Positions 47,690 to 58,657 of a stretch of 64,000 bases of DNA are shown piece after piece; position 1 is the first letter of the stretch; each line of letters begins with the position of its first letter. The notes beneath the pieces were generated by a model. That model was not told the origin of the DNA and ran no database searches. It saw only the letters and a list, made by a program, of their open reading frames with translations. The DNA comes from Ruminococcus sp. (GTDB lineage Bacteria > Bacillota > Clostridia > Oscillospirales > Acutalibacteraceae): the NCBI GenBank assembly GCA_036309445.1, contig JAXJTT010000183.1, forward strand, positions 1,073 through 65,072, written 5' to 3'. Made by a program: the position numbers and the translations under genes.

Positions 47690-49276
47690 TTAGTTTGTGC
47701 CGAACTCTCTTAATTCGAGTCCTTTGTTATGCTCAAGAGCCCAGTTAATGCTCCAGTAGCTTGTGAATAAAAGAAGGTGATTTCCCTTCAAGTCCTGAAT
47801 ACGCTTTGTATCAGAAGCGAGGTCAAGCTCTTTAGGGTCAATATCTTCGTTTACAATCCATCTTATATATTCATAAGGCAGAGTTTCCATAATAATATCT
47901 ACGTTGTATTCGTTTTCAAGTCGGTATTTCAATACATCAAACTGAAGTACACCTACAACACCTACTATTACTTCTTCCATACCTGCATCAAGCTCCTGGA
48001 AAATCTGAATAGCACCTTCCTGTGCTATCTGGCTTGTACCCTTTATGAACTGCTTTCTTTTCATTGTGTCTTTCTGACGTACAAGTGCGAAATGTTCAGG
48101 GGCAAAAGTCGGGATTCCCTTGAACTGAATTTTCTTACCGGGTGAGCAAATAGTATCACCGATTGAGAATATACCGGGATCAAAAACACCGATAATATCG
48201 CCTGCGTAGGCTTCTTCTACAATTTCTCTTTCCTGAGCCATAATCTGCTGAGGCTGAGAAAGACGCATTTTTTTGTTGCCCTGCAAATGGAAAACTTCCA
48301 TATTCTTTTCAAATTTGCCGCTGCAAATTCTCATGAATGCAACTCTGTCACGGTGTGCCTTGTTCATATTAGCCTGTATTTTAAATACAAATGCAGAGAA
48401 GTAATCAGACATTGGCTCTACAACATCAGATACAGTTTCTCTTGCTAAAGGTGAAGTTGTAATCTGTAAAAACTGCTCTAAGAAAGGTTCAACACCGAAG
48501 TTTGTGAGAGCAGAGCCGAAAAATACTGGTGTGAGTTCGCCCCTTCTTACAGCTTCCAAATCAAAATCGTCACCCGCACCATCAAGTAATTCGATATCGT
48601 CAAATAAATCCTGTTTATGGTAGATTCCGATTACATCTTCAAGAGCAGGGTCATCAATAGAGATTTCGTTTTTCTCTACTTCTTTCTGACCGTTGTTTGC
48701 TGTAAACGCAAGTACATTCTTAGTGTTTCTGTCGTAAACACCTTTGAACTCCTTACCTGAGCCTATAGGCCAGTTTACAGGACAAGTGTGAATACCGAGT
48801 ACATTTTCGATATCCTCAAGCAAATCAAAAGGATTTTTAGCATCTCGGTCCATTTTATTGATGAATGTAATAATAGGAATGTGTCGCATTACACAAACCT
48901 TAAAGAGCTTGATAGTCTGTCTCTCAACACCTTTGGAGCCGTCTATTACCATGACAGCTGAGTCAGCCGCCATAAGTGTACGATAGGTATCCTCAGAGAA
49001 GTCCTGATGTCCCGGTGTATCAAGAATATTTATGCAATATCCGTTATATTTGAACTGTAAAACTGATGATGTAACTGAAATACCACGCTGTTTTTCAATT
49101 TCCATCCAGTCTGAAACAGCGTGTTTAGCTGTTTTTTTACCTTTAACGGAACCGGCAAGGTTGATTGCACCTCCGTAAAGAAGTAATTTCTCTGTCAAGG
49201 TTGTTTTACCTGCGTCAGGGTGAGAAATAATCGCAAAGGTTCTGCGTTTGCTGATCTCATCTTTAAAAGCACTCAT
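47690..49276 (-). CDS. prfC: Peptide chain release factor 3
   Basis: RRTFAIISHPDAGKTTLTEKLL, DTPGHQDF, NKMD GTPase motifs. Start at second ATG (MSAFKDE). Confidence 0.95.
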   Translation of the reverse strand: MSAFKDEISKRRTFAIISHPDAGKTTLTEKLLLYGGAINLAGSVKGKKTAKHAVSDWMEIEKQRGISVTSSVLQFKYNGYCINILDTPGHQDFSEDTYRTLMAADSAVMVIDGSKGVERQTIKLFKVCVMRHIPIITFINKMDRDAKNPFDLLEDIENVLGIHTCPVNWPIGSGKEFKGVYDRNTKNVLAFTANNGQKEVEKNEISIDDPALEDVIGIYHKQDLFDDIELLDGAGDDFDLEAVRRGELTPVFFGSALTNFGVEPFLEQFLQITTSPLARETVSDVVEPMSDYFSAFVFKIQANMNKAHRDRVAFMRICSGKFEKNMEVFHLQGNKKMRLSQPQQIMAQEREIVEEAYAGDIIGVFDPGIFSIGDTICSPGKKIQFKGIPTFAPEHFALVRQKDTMKRKQFIKGTSQIAQEGAIQIFQELDAGMEEVIVGVVGVLQFDVLKYRLENEYNVDIIMETLPYEYIRWIVNEDIDPKELDLASDTKRIQDLKGNHLLLFTSYWSINWALEHNKGLELREFGTN

Positions 49277-49523
49277 TACATACAATCCTTTCGGAATTTT
49301 ATATTAATCTACAATTCTATATTTTACTATTTTTCGGGTGTATATGTCAACTCAAAGAGAGAAAAATATTTTAAATAATTCACTACAAAAGCTTGACAAA
49401 TTTGTAATAATATTGTAATATATCTATGTAAGAGGTAAGTTTGATTTTTCCTATTTTTCATATACCTTCCAAATCGGGGCAGAAACGAAAGTTTCTGCCT
49501 CAAATTCTTATAGGAGGAATATT

Positions 49524-50624
49524 ATGCAAAGCTCAATCGGTCTGTATATTCATATCCCTTTTTGTAAAAATAAATGTCCGTACTGTGATTTTTACAGTGT
49601 TAAGATAACTGAAACATTACTCGATGAGTATGTTGCAGAGCTTACAGATAAAATTAAATATTGGTCTGAAAAATGCGATAAAGCTTTAAAAACTGTTTAT
49701 TTTGGCGGTGGCACACCAAGTGTTTTGGGTGCTGAGCGTTTATGTGAGATTTTAAATGAAATAAAAAAGAACTTTGAAGTTGAAGAATCAGCCGAAATAA
49801 CTGTTGAAGTAAATCCCGACAGCGGCAAGACTATTGATTTTAGTTTGCTTAAAGAGAATGGATTTAACAGAATTTCGGTAGGTATGCAGACTGCTGTTGA
49901 CAGAGAGCTTAAGGAGCTTGGAAGAATACATTCAGCTGACGAAGCAAGGCTTACGGTAGAAAGAGCCAAGAAAGCAGGAATCGGTAATATTTCACTTGAC
50001 CTGATGATGGGAATACCTTTCCAGACAAAAGATAGCCTTAAAGAGAGTATTGAGTTTTGCAAAAACTGCGGAGTGACACATATTTCGTCATATATTTTAA
50101 AAATTGAAGAAAATACTCGTTTTGCGAAAATCAAAGATACTCTTTCTTTAGCTGATGAAGATGAACAAGCTGATTTATATTTGTATGCTGTAGAATTGCT
50201 TGAAAGCTCAGGATTTATGCAGTATGAGATTTCAAATTTTGCAATAAAAGGCTTTGAAAGCAGACATAACACAAGTTATTGGAAATGTGAAGAATATATC
50301 GGAATCGGACCTTCTGCACATTCATTTTTTGAGGGTAAGAGGTTTTATTACGGCAGAAGTTTTGATGATTTCTATGAAAATAAAATTATTTATGACTGCG
50401 ACGGCGGTGATGAAGCGGAATATATTATGCTCTCACTCAGACTTAAAAGTGGTCTGAATTTTGATGAGTTTAAATATAGGTTTCAGAAAGATATTCCGTC
50501 TTATATCTTAAAAAAAGCTGAGAAGTATATTAAACTTGGGTTTATGACAAAGACAGATAACAGTATATGTTTTACTCCCGAAGGATATCTTGTTTCTAAT
50601 TCAATAATTGCTGAATTACTGTAA
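49524..50624 (+). CDS. hemW: Radical SAM HemN-like protein (heme chaperone HemW type)
   Basis: LYIHIPFCKNKCPYCDF cluster motif, GGGTPS, HemN_C-like C-terminus. 366 aa. Confidence 0.85.
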   Translation: MQSSIGLYIHIPFCKNKCPYCDFYSVKITETLLDEYVAELTDKIKYWSEKCDKALKTVYFGGGTPSVLGAERLCEILNEIKKNFEVEESAEITVEVNPDSGKTIDFSLLKENGFNRISVGMQTAVDRELKELGRIHSADEARLTVERAKKAGIGNISLDLMMGIPFQTKDSLKESIEFCKNCGVTHISSYILKIEENTRFAKIKDTLSLADEDEQADLYLYAVELLESSGFMQYEISNFAIKGFESRHNTSYWKCEEYIGIGPSAHSFFEGKRFYYGRSFDDFYENKIIYDCDGGDEAEYIMLSLRLKSGLNFDEFKYRFQKDIPSYILKKAEKYIKLGFMTKTDNSICFTPEGYLVSNSIIAELL

Positions 50625-50631
50625 TGCACAA

Positions 50632-50669
50632 AAAATAAATCCCCGTATTATCAAAATACGGGGATAATT
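50632..50669. terminator. Bidirectional terminator
   Basis: ATCCCCGTATT / AATACGGGGAT. Confidence 0.75.
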
Positions 50670-51119
50670 TTATGCGTTAAAAGTACCGTTTTCAATTTCT
50701 GTAATCATTGAAACACGCTTGATGTGTCTGTCGCCTTCAAATTCTGTATTAAGGAAGATATCAGCAAGCTTTACTGCATCTTCTTCAGAAGTAACTCTGC
50801 CACCCATACAAAGAATGTTTGCATCGTTGTGTCTGCGTGTCATTTCAGCACAGAACTCATTGTCAACTACAGAAGCACGGATACCCTTTACTTTGTTAGC
50901 GGCTATTGAAATACCGATACCAGTACCGCAACAAAGGATACCTAATGTGCATTCGCCGCTTGCAACTGCAGTAGCTACCTTGTAAGCATATACAGGATAA
51001 TCAACGCTGTCAGTGTTGTATGTGCCGAAATCCTTGTATTCTACACCTTTTTCGTCAAGATATTTTTTTATTGAGCAGATGAGGTTATATCCGCCGTGGT
51101 CACAACCAAGTGCTATCAT
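50670..51119 (-). CDS. rpiB: Ribose-5-phosphate isomerase B
   Basis: MIALGCDHGG..., CGTGIGISIAANK, RHN. 149 aa. Confidence 0.92.
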   Translation of the reverse strand: MIALGCDHGGYNLICSIKKYLDEKGVEYKDFGTYNTDSVDYPVYAYKVATAVASGECTLGILCCGTGIGISIAANKVKGIRASVVDNEFCAEMTRRHNDANILCMGGRVTSEEDAVKLADIFLNTEFEGDRHIKRVSMITEIENGTFNA

Positions 51120-51823
51120 TTCTTCTCCTCCATTTTCTTTTTCAGTTCTCTTTGTGCCTGAGGTAATCTGAGATATACAGGCATAAGTTCAGCTGATGTT
51201 AAAGTTTCGTTTTTATTATATTTTTCAAATGCAATAATTGCAGTTGACGAGGCTTTTTGAAAACGTAAGTTTTCGGGTGCGAGATGTATATTGGGTAATT
51301 CTTCTTTCATAGAATTATAACACAGCTCTGCCCCATCGCCTACGAGTATTATTTTTTCGTTATATTGCTTTAGTTCCTCGGTAAGCTCCTTTATTGCAAG
51401 AGCTCTGTCTTCGCAAAGTCTTGTTATTGTTCCGTCTGCAGATTTAAAATTTGCGTTATATACCTGCTGGCAACGTGCATCCATAACAGAACAAATTATG
51501 CAGTCAGCATAAATAAGATTATAAGCCATACTTTCAAGAGTTGAAACCGAGATGCAAGGCAAATCTTTTTGAAAAGCCAGACCTTTAGCAGCGGCAACAC
51601 CTATTCTGACACCTGTAAAAGAACCCGGACCTGCATTGACTGCAACAGCTTCAATTTCAGAAATGTCAGTTGAAGTGTTTTTGCAAAGGTTTTCGACCAT
51701 TGGCATAAGTGTTCTGCTATGAGTAAGGCTTGTGTTTATAAAATACTCACCTATGATTTTTTTGTTATCAGATATGGCTACTGAGCCTGCACCTGCACTT
51801 GTATCTATAGCAAGAATTTTCAT
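51116..51823 (-). CDS. tsaB: tRNA t6A37 biosynthesis protein TsaB
   Basis: MKILAIDTS...GPGSFTGVRIG. Confidence 0.9.
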   Translation of the reverse strand: MKILAIDTSAGAGSVAISDNKKIIGEYFINTSLTHSRTLMPMVENLCKNTSTDISEIEAVAVNAGPGSFTGVRIGVAAAKGLAFQKDLPCISVSTLESMAYNLIYADCIICSVMDARCQQVYNANFKSADGTITRLCEDRALAIKELTEELKQYNEKIILVGDGAELCYNSMKEELPNIHLAPENLRFQKASSTAIIAFEKYNKNETLTSAELMPVYLRLPQAQRELKKKMEEKK

Positions 51824-52245
51824 TATAAATCAATTCCTTCTATTTCAAAAATTCTTTCATCGTTATTTTCGCCTTTAGTGATAGAAATTCTGATGTATTT
51901 TTCAGGTAACGCTTCTTCGATATTTTCGCTCCATTCAATTACAAGGATACCATTATCAATGTAATCAAAAAAACCTGTAGAATATAAATCATCCCAACTG
52001 TTTACACGATACATATCGAAGTGATAAATGTTGTGCTTGCCTGAGTATTCGTTGACAAGTGCATAAGTGGGGCTTGATACATTATCGCCTGCATCAAGTG
52101 CGGAAGCCAGACCTCTTGTGAAAGCGGTTTTACCCATTCCCAGACCGCCAAAAAGAGCGATAACTTCTGTTCCTTTTAGCTTTTCGGCTATTTTTGCACC
52201 TATTTTTTCTGTGTCAGTTGTACTTTTTGAAATTAATGTAATCAT
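51823..52245 (-). CDS. tsaE: tRNA t6A37 biosynthesis ATPase TsaE
   Basis: LFGGLGMGKTAFTRGL, SPTYALVNEY, HFDMYR. Confidence 0.9.
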   Translation of the reverse strand: MITLISKSTTDTEKIGAKIAEKLKGTEVIALFGGLGMGKTAFTRGLASALDAGDNVSSPTYALVNEYSGKHNIYHFDMYRVNSWDDLYSTGFFDYIDNGILVIEWSENIEEALPEKYIRISITKGENNDERIFEIEGIDL

Positions 52246-53912
52246 CAGAACAAACCACTGATCTTTCCGTCGTCTGAAACGTCAATCTTTTCTGCGGCAG
52301 GAACCTTTGGAAGACCCGGCATAGTCATAATGTCACCTGTATAGACTACAACAAAGCCTGCACCGTTAGAAAGTGATACGTTTTTAACTGTAATTGAGAA
52401 GTTCTCAGGAGCACCGAGAAGTGTTGGGTCATCTGATAGTGAGTACTGAGTTTTTGCAATACATACAGGAAGCTTGTTGCCACCCAATGCATTGACTTCA
52501 GCGATAGCTTTTTCAGCAGCTGTTGTAAATGTTACGGAATCAGCACCGTAGATGTTCTTTGCAACTGCTTCAATTTTTTCCTTGAGTGAAAGCTCAAGAG
52601 AATAGATAGGCTTAAAGTCTGATGGCTTTTCGCAAGCTTCAACAACCTTGTTTGCAAGGTCAATTCCGCCCTCGCCACCTTTTCCGAATACGTTTGAAAG
52701 GGCAAAATCAGCACCCTTTGATTTACAATATTCTTCAATATATGAAAGCTCAGCTTCTGTGTCTGTGCCAAACTGGTTGATAGCTACTACTACAGGAACA
52801 TTGTATTTTCTCATATTATCAATATGAACACCTAAGTTTACAATACCCTTTTTGAGTGCTTCGAGGTTTTCTTTTGAAACATCTGCTTTTGCAACGCCAC
52901 CGTTATATTTTAAAGCACGGCAAGTAGCAACAACTACTATTGCTGATGGTTTAAGACCTGCATGTCTGCACTTGATATCAAGGAATTTTTCAGCACCGAG
53001 GTCAGAACCGAAACCTGCTTCTGTGATACAGTAATCTGCAAGCTTCAAAGCAAGCTTAGTTGCTCTTACGCTGTTACATCCGTGTGCAATATTTGCAAAT
53101 GGTCCGCCGTGCATAATTGCAGGAGTGCCTTCAAGTGTCTGCACAAGGTTTGGTTTAATAGCATCTTTAAGGAGTGCTGTCATTGCACCGTGTGCGTTGA
53201 TATCTTTTGCATAAACAGGCTCACCTGCGTAATTATAAGCAATAAGTATATTACCAAGTCTTACTTTTAAATCGTCAATATCGTTTGCAAGACAAAGAAT
53301 AGCCATAACTTCAGACGCAACTGTAATAATGAAATGGTCTTCTCTCGGAATACCATTCACTTTACCCCCAAGACCGATAATTACGTTTCTTAAAGCTCTG
53401 TCGTTCATATCAAGACATCTCTTTATGAGGATTCTTCTCTGGTCTATGTTAAGGCTGTTGCCCTGCTGAATGTGGTTGTCAAGCATAGCACAGCAAAGGT
53501 TGTTTGCGGAAGTGATAGCGTGCATATCGCCTGTGAAGTGCAGGTTGATGTCTTCCATAGGAAGCACCTGTGCATAACCGCCGCCTGCGGCACCGCCCTT
53601 TACGCCAAATACAGGTCCGAGTGAAGGCTCACGTAATGCAATAATAGCGTTCTTGCCTATTTTATCCATAGCCTGACCAAGTCCTGCTGTTGTGGTAGTT
53701 TTACCTTCACCTGCAGGTGTAGGATTGATAGCAGTAACAAGGATAAGCTTGCCGTCCTTATTGTTTTTAACTCTTTCTGAAAGTTCATCAGAAAGCTTTG
53801 CTTTATATTTTCCGTAAAATTCAAGCTCATCTTCCGAAATGTTTAACTGAGTAGCAATTTCTTTGATAGGTAAAAGTTTAGCACCCTGAGCAATTTCAAT
53901 ATCACTTAACAT
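52245..53912 (-). CDS. fhs: Formate--tetrahydrofolate ligase
   Basis: [16 protein letters not shown]..., [26 protein letters not shown]. 555 aa. Confidence 0.97.
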   Translation of the reverse strand: MLSDIEIAQGAKLLPIKEIATQLNISEDELEFYGKYKAKLSDELSERVKNNKDGKLILVTAINPTPAGEGKTTTTAGLGQAMDKIGKNAIIALREPSLGPVFGVKGGAAGGGYAQVLPMEDINLHFTGDMHAITSANNLCCAMLDNHIQQGNSLNIDQRRILIKRCLDMNDRALRNVIIGLGGKVNGIPREDHFIITVASEVMAILCLANDIDDLKVRLGNILIAYNYAGEPVYAKDINAHGAMTALLKDAIKPNLVQTLEGTPAIMHGGPFANIAHGCNSVRATKLALKLADYCITEAGFGSDLGAEKFLDIKCRHAGLKPSAIVVVATCRALKYNGGVAKADVSKENLEALKKGIVNLGVHIDNMRKYNVPVVVAINQFGTDTEAELSYIEEYCKSKGADFALSNVFGKGGEGGIDLANKVVEACEKPSDFKPIYSLELSLKEKIEAVAKNIYGADSVTFTTAAEKAIAEVNALGGNKLPVCIAKTQYSLSDDPTLLGAPENFSITVKNVSLSNGAGFVVVYTGDIMTMPGLPKVPAAEKIDVSDDGKISGLF

Positions 53913-54068
53913 ATTGAAAGCACCTCCGAAAAAAGTTATTTTTCTAATTATAACAAAATAATTCTTTACTATTATTCTCTTTTGAAATTATACTTGATAT
54001 TGACTTGAGAATTTAATATAATAAATCTGTTAATCAACCTGAAATCAGAATTTTTTATAAAATATAAG

Positions 54069-55247
54069 GTGGTGATATTTTTGATTCGTTTTTATGAATC
54101 GATAATTGAATATTTTAAACGCACTGATTTTATATTATGGCTTCTGAGTGGTTCTACCATTATTTACAGTTTGCTGCTTATTTTCAGTATGCAGCGTTCG
54201 GGAACGTATAATTTTATGGGGACGCAAACACTTGCAGTGATTATCGGAAGTGTTATGGCAGTGATAATTTCATTGGCTGATTACAGAGTTTTACTTAAAA
54301 AATGGTACTTTGCAGCGGCAATATCTGTTCTGCTGTTATTGTCAGTTTTTCTCTTTGGTATTCAGGTCGAGGGTACTGACGATACAGCATGGCTCAATAT
54401 CGCCGGTCTTTCCGTGCAACCGTCTGAATTTGTAAAAATTCTGTTCATTATAACTTTTTCTTCACACTTGCATTATCTGCACGAAAAGAACCTGATAGCT
54501 TCTTTTTCAGGTGTTGTGACCTTGGTATTACATGCCGCTGTACCTATGGCTGTTATTCATATTCAGGGTGATGACGGTACCGTACTTATTTTTGCGTTTA
54601 TTTTTCTTGTAATGACATTTACTGCAGGAGTGCAAAAAAGATATTTTGCTATATTAGCAGGTGGTCTTTTAGTCGGCATCCCTTTAATATGGACATTCTT
54701 TCTTAATAATGAACACAGAAATCGTTTTCTTGCATTATTTGATATTGACGGCAACGCTATGACAAACTATGGATGGCAACAGTATCAAGGTAAAATTTCA
54801 ATAGCAAGCGGTGGTTTGTTTGGAGAAGGATATCAGAATGGCACAAGGGTTGAATACGGAATTGTGCCTGAGCAGGAAAATGACTTTATTCTTACGGTTA
54901 CGGGAGAAGAGTTTGGGTTTATTGGTTGTATTCTGATATTGCTTTTATTGTCGGCTATTGCGTTAAAAATATTATTTAACGGAGAAAAATCAAATGATTT
55001 GAGAGGTAAATACATCTGCAGTGGTGTATTTGGTCTTATTGCTTCTCAGACAATCATCAACATTGGTATGGTGTTGGGTTTCTTACCTGTTGTGGGAATT
55101 ACACTTCCTTTTTTCAGTGCAGGAGGTACTTCTGTTATGAGTTTGCTGATTTGTATAGGGCTTGTTCAAAGCGTTATATGCCACAATATTGATGATATGA
55201 ACACTGTTTCAATACGCAGAGAAACAATAAGAAGAACAAGGTTATAA
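54069..55247 (+). CDS. FtsW/RodA/SpoVE family peptidoglycan polymerase
   Basis: 10-TM SEDS pattern (QPSEFVKI, DFI...GEEFGFIG, PVVGITLPFFSAGGTS). Start GTG 54069 or TTG 54081. Confidence 0.85.
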   Translation: MVIFLIRFYESIIEYFKRTDFILWLLSGSTIIYSLLLIFSMQRSGTYNFMGTQTLAVIIGSVMAVIISLADYRVLLKKWYFAAAISVLLLLSVFLFGIQVEGTDDTAWLNIAGLSVQPSEFVKILFIITFSSHLHYLHEKNLIASFSGVVTLVLHAAVPMAVIHIQGDDGTVLIFAFIFLVMTFTAGVQKRYFAILAGGLLVGIPLIWTFFLNNEHRNRFLALFDIDGNAMTNYGWQQYQGKISIASGGLFGEGYQNGTRVEYGIVPEQENDFILTVTGEEFGFIGCILILLLLSAIALKILFNGEKSNDLRGKYICSGVFGLIASQTIINIGMVLGFLPVVGITLPFFSAGGTSVMSLLICIGLVQSVICHNIDDMNTVSIRRETIRRTRL

Positions 55248-55261
55248 AATTTTATATATAA

Positions 55262-55301
55262 CAAAAAGTCACCGTAGTTCGATTCCTACGGTGACTTAAT
55301 T
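55262..55301. terminator. Bidirectional terminator
   Basis: AAGTCACCGTAG / CTACGGTGACTT. Confidence 0.75.
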
Positions 55302-56582
55302 TTATTTTTCTGAAATTGTTAAGTTTGCTTTATACAAGCCGTTTATCCAGCAACCTGAAACATCAGACATTGTAAATGTTACAGGCATTTGTACCGAACC
55401 TACGGTTCCGCTTGAACTTGAAGTATCGATAACAGCGGTTACTTTGTCTTTTGATAATCTGTCAAGTTGTTCTTTCGGACCATAAATTGTGACATCTATA
55501 CTTTTCTGGGTAATATGGGCTGTGTGATTAGAAGTCAAACCCTGAACATCAAAACGCTCAACAGTCAATGTTTTGCTTGACATAGAAGATAAGTCAAGTG
55601 TAACCCTTGCAGTTGATGTGTTACTGATATTTTTACAATCAGGCGGAATATCAATAGCAAGTGTAAAGGTCTGTCTTTCATTTCTCAGAGTTGAGAAATC
55701 AATAGGTTCAAGAGTGATTGAATCTAAGTTTTCAAGAACTCCTTGTGAGCCTGCAAGCATTATTGAAGATGGTTCAATGTTTATCATATTCTCTGTGATG
55801 ATAAGACCATCTGGTTTGTTATTGAATACAGGTACGATGTCAAGAGATTTTTCAGGTAATACGGAAATTGAAGCATCTACTGTTGTGAAATCCATATTAA
55901 GCATATCAGTATCTTCAATAAGATTGTTATCTGAATCATAAAGCAGGATTTCTGCAGTGGTTTCTGTAGATGCTGCAAGAGTGTTTTCCAGAGTTGCAGA
56001 GGCAGTTACTTTGGCAACCTTACTTACTTCGGACTGCGGACCGGAAATCATAATAGTCTTGGAAGAAAGTGCAGTTGAAGCATAATAGCCTTCCGAAACT
56101 TTATAAACAACATTATCCAGAATATCAAAAGTTGATTCTCTGTAATAGTCTACCAGGATGTTTACAGTTGATGGTGTGACATTTGAATTAATCTGAAAAT
56201 CCTCATACGGATTAGCTTTTGATGCAGACAAAGACAAGGTGCAATTTCCTGACGACTCAATAGAGTTTGTAGCGGCAGTGACAATAATGTCATTTGGTCC
56301 GAGTGAACCGATGATTGCTCTGTTACCGCTGACGTTTACAGAAGCGGTTATATCACCTTTGTTGAAAATCTGCAAACCGTTTGCAATTGCTTCATCAGAA
56401 AGTTCAATCTGAACAGGGATATTCGAGATAGTAACAATGGTATCATTACCTGTTCCGATACTCATATATATCCACATAGAAAGTGAAATCAGAACTGAGA
56501 CTACAAAAAGGAATTTACTGTTTTGAAAAATTCTGTTAAATAAAAACTTTTTCTTCTTTTTGTTTTGATTTTTATCAGCCAT
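55302..56582 (-). CDS. cdaR: CdaR (YbbR-domain) regulator of diadenylate cyclase
   Basis: ATG 56582 overlaps the cdaA stop (ATGGCTGA). N-terminal TM then repeated YbbR-like beta domains. Confidence 0.8.
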   Translation of the reverse strand: MADKNQNKKKKKFLFNRIFQNSKFLFVVSVLISLSMWIYMSIGTGNDTIVTISNIPVQIELSDEAIANGLQIFNKGDITASVNVSGNRAIIGSLGPNDIIVTAATNSIESSGNCTLSLSASKANPYEDFQINSNVTPSTVNILVDYYRESTFDILDNVVYKVSEGYYASTALSSKTIMISGPQSEVSKVAKVTASATLENTLAASTETTAEILLYDSDNNLIEDTDMLNMDFTTVDASISVLPEKSLDIVPVFNNKPDGLIITENMINIEPSSIMLAGSQGVLENLDSITLEPIDFSTLRNERQTFTLAIDIPPDCKNISNTSTARVTLDLSSMSSKTLTVERFDVQGLTSNHTAHITQKSIDVTIYGPKEQLDRLSKDKVTAVIDTSSSSGTVGSVQMPVTFTMSDVSGCWINGLYKANLTISEK

Positions 56583-57447
56583 TATCTGATCCCTCCTCAG
56601 TCTTTTGGAGTAAATCAGTTGATGAGCTATCGTCATCAATATCATCAAGCAGAAGCTCTTCGAGTTTTTCTGCAAGAGAGTTTCTTGTAAAATTACGGAA
56701 TAAAATGCCGTTTATCGCAAGCGAGATAATTCCTGTTTCTTCACTGACAACCAGAACTATTGCATCACTTTGTTCGCTGATTCCTAATGCCGCCCTGTGA
56801 CGTGTGCCTAAATTTATATCTACGGATTTATTATCAGTAAGCGGTAAAATACAGCCTGCGGCAAAAAGCTTGCCGTCTCTTATTATGCTTGCACCATCAT
56901 GCAGAGGTGCTTTGTTAAAGAATATATTTCCAAGTAACGCAACTGACGGTGTAGCGTCAAGAATAGTACCTGTTGCCGCAATATCAGAAAGTTTTGTTTC
57001 TCTTTCAAAAACAAGTAATGCACCTGTTTTGGAACGTGAGAAAAGCATAGCAGTGTCGGAAGCATCAGAAATAGCTTTCTGAACATTTTTCTTCCATTCA
57101 TCACTCTTTCCTCTTTTGGCTATCATTTTGAAATATTTTTTATAAGTGTTATTTCTTCCCATTCGCTCAAGATATTTTCGTATCTCAGGCTGGAATATGA
57201 TAGCTACAAGCAATACAGCACCCTCAAAAAGCATACGCAACAATGCGGTCAGCATTACAAGTCTGAATAACGATGAAACAAGATAAATTAAGAATAAAAC
57301 AACTATACCTTTTAACAATTGTGCCGCTCGGGTTTCTCGTACAAGCTTGAAGAGGCTGAAGATTATAATTGCAACAGCTAATATATCAATTATATCTCTG
57401 ATTTCTATAGTTCTCAGAATAGAAATAATGGTTTGAAAAATCTCCAT
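56575..57447 (-). CDS. cdaA: Diadenylate cyclase CdaA
   Basis: 3 N-terminal TM. DAC domain: GALLVFER, DGASIIRDG, GTRHRAALGISEQSDAIVLVVSEETG. Confidence 0.92.
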   Translation of the reverse strand: MEIFQTIISILRTIEIRDIIDILAVAIIIFSLFKLVRETRAAQLLKGIVVLFLIYLVSSLFRLVMLTALLRMLFEGAVLLVAIIFQPEIRKYLERMGRNNTYKKYFKMIAKRGKSDEWKKNVQKAISDASDTAMLFSRSKTGALLVFERETKLSDIAATGTILDATPSVALLGNIFFNKAPLHDGASIIRDGKLFAAGCILPLTDNKSVDINLGTRHRAALGISEQSDAIVLVVSEETGIISLAINGILFRNFTRNSLAEKLEELLLDDIDDDSSSTDLLQKTEEGSDNG

Positions 57448-57514
57448 ATTAAACCTCCCAGCTTTTATATTTCATTTTATTTTACCATACAATCAGCATA
57501 AATTGCAACCTTTT

Positions 57515-58657
57515 TTATGATTTTATTGATGATACAGCGTTAATAAAATAATTAATATCCTTCGGTGTTGTAAAAGCTGAAATCACTATTCTTACAGTAC
57601 CGCTTTTATCTGTGTTCATATTTTTATGAGCAAGGGGTGAACAGTGGTAACCTGCCCTCACTGCAATTTTGTATTTGTTATTAAGAATTTGGGCGGTCTG
57701 CTCGCTTTCAAGTTTTTTTATATTGAATGACAAAACCGGTACATAATGTAAAATATCCGGTCTTTCGGTATAAAGAATTACATTATTCAAGTTTTTAAGC
57801 TTGTCGTACGCATAAATAACCATATTCATTTCATTTTTATACAGGTGTTCAGGCTTTTGCTTCAATACGAAATCAACACCCTCACTAAGCCCGACAATTC
57901 CTATAAGATTCGGTGTACCGCTTTCGTACATATCTGGCAGAATATGCGGTTGTTGTTTTTCAAGAGACATACTGCCTGTGCCGCCTTGAATGAGCGTGTC
58001 GGGTAGCGTATCGGAATTTATTACAAGTAAGCCTGTACCCATTGGTCCATATAATCCTTTGTGACCTGAGGTGCACAGAAAGTCTATATATGAATTACTC
58101 AGGTCTATATTTACCGTGCCTGCTGTTTGTGCGGCATCTACGCAAAATAAAATGCCATATATTCTGCATAATGCACCGATTTTTTCAACCGGGAGCTTTA
58201 TTCCGAATACATTTGAAGCGTGTGTGCATACAACCAGTTTTGTATTGCTTTTTATTGAGTTTCTGAAATTATTTATGGTCGCTTCATCATCACAGGCAAC
58301 TACTTCTGCTACTGAATAAGTTATACCTTTTTTACTTAGCTCTTCAAGTGGTCGTAATACAGAGTTGTGTTCAAGAGATGAAATGATAACGTGATCACCC
58401 TCTCTTAAAATACCGTGAATAACTGTATTTAATGCAGTGGTGCAATTAGAAGTGAATATTATTTTTTCGGGATTATCGGTATGAAAAAGCTTTGCGATTT
58501 TCTCACGACATTTATATATTTTTTCAGATGCTTTTACCGACATATCGTGACCGCTTCTGCCCGGATTTGCTCCGTATTCACGCATAGCTCGGTTTACTGC
58601 TGTAATTACGGAAATGGGTTTTGGAAATGTTGTTGCACCATTATCAAGATATATCAT
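57515..58657 (-). CDS. Class V aminotransferase-fold PLP enzyme (cysteine desulfurase / selenocysteine lyase-like)
   Basis: IYLDNGATT, SGHKGLYGPMGTG PLP-lysine motif. 380 aa. Confidence 0.85.
   Translation of the reverse strand: MIYLDNGATTFPKPISVITAVNRAMREYGANPGRSGHDMSVKASEKIYKCREKIAKLFHTDNPEKIIFTSNCTTALNTVIHGILREGDHVIISSLEHNSVLRPLEELSKKGITYSVAEVVACDDEATINNFRNSIKSNTKLVVCTHASNVFGIKLPVEKIGALCRIYGILFCVDAAQTAGTVNIDLSNSYIDFLCTSGHKGLYGPMGTGLLVINSDTLPDTLIQGGTGSMSLEKQQPHILPDMYESGTPNLIGIVGLSEGVDFVLKQKPEHLYKNEMNMVIYAYDKLKNLNNVILYTERPDILHYVPVLSFNIKKLESEQTAQILNNKYKIAVRAGYHCSPLAHKNMNTDKSGTVRIVISAFTTPKDINYFINAVSSIKS

Noticed and set aside
49395-49523. Leader upstream of hemW with promoter TTGACA-17-TAATAT and hairpin GGCAGAAAC/GTTTCTGCC, considered as a riboswitch or attenuator
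   Set aside because: No recognisable riboswitch core is present. The hairpin is short and lacks a U-tract. The 24-aa upstream ORF has poor SD spacing.
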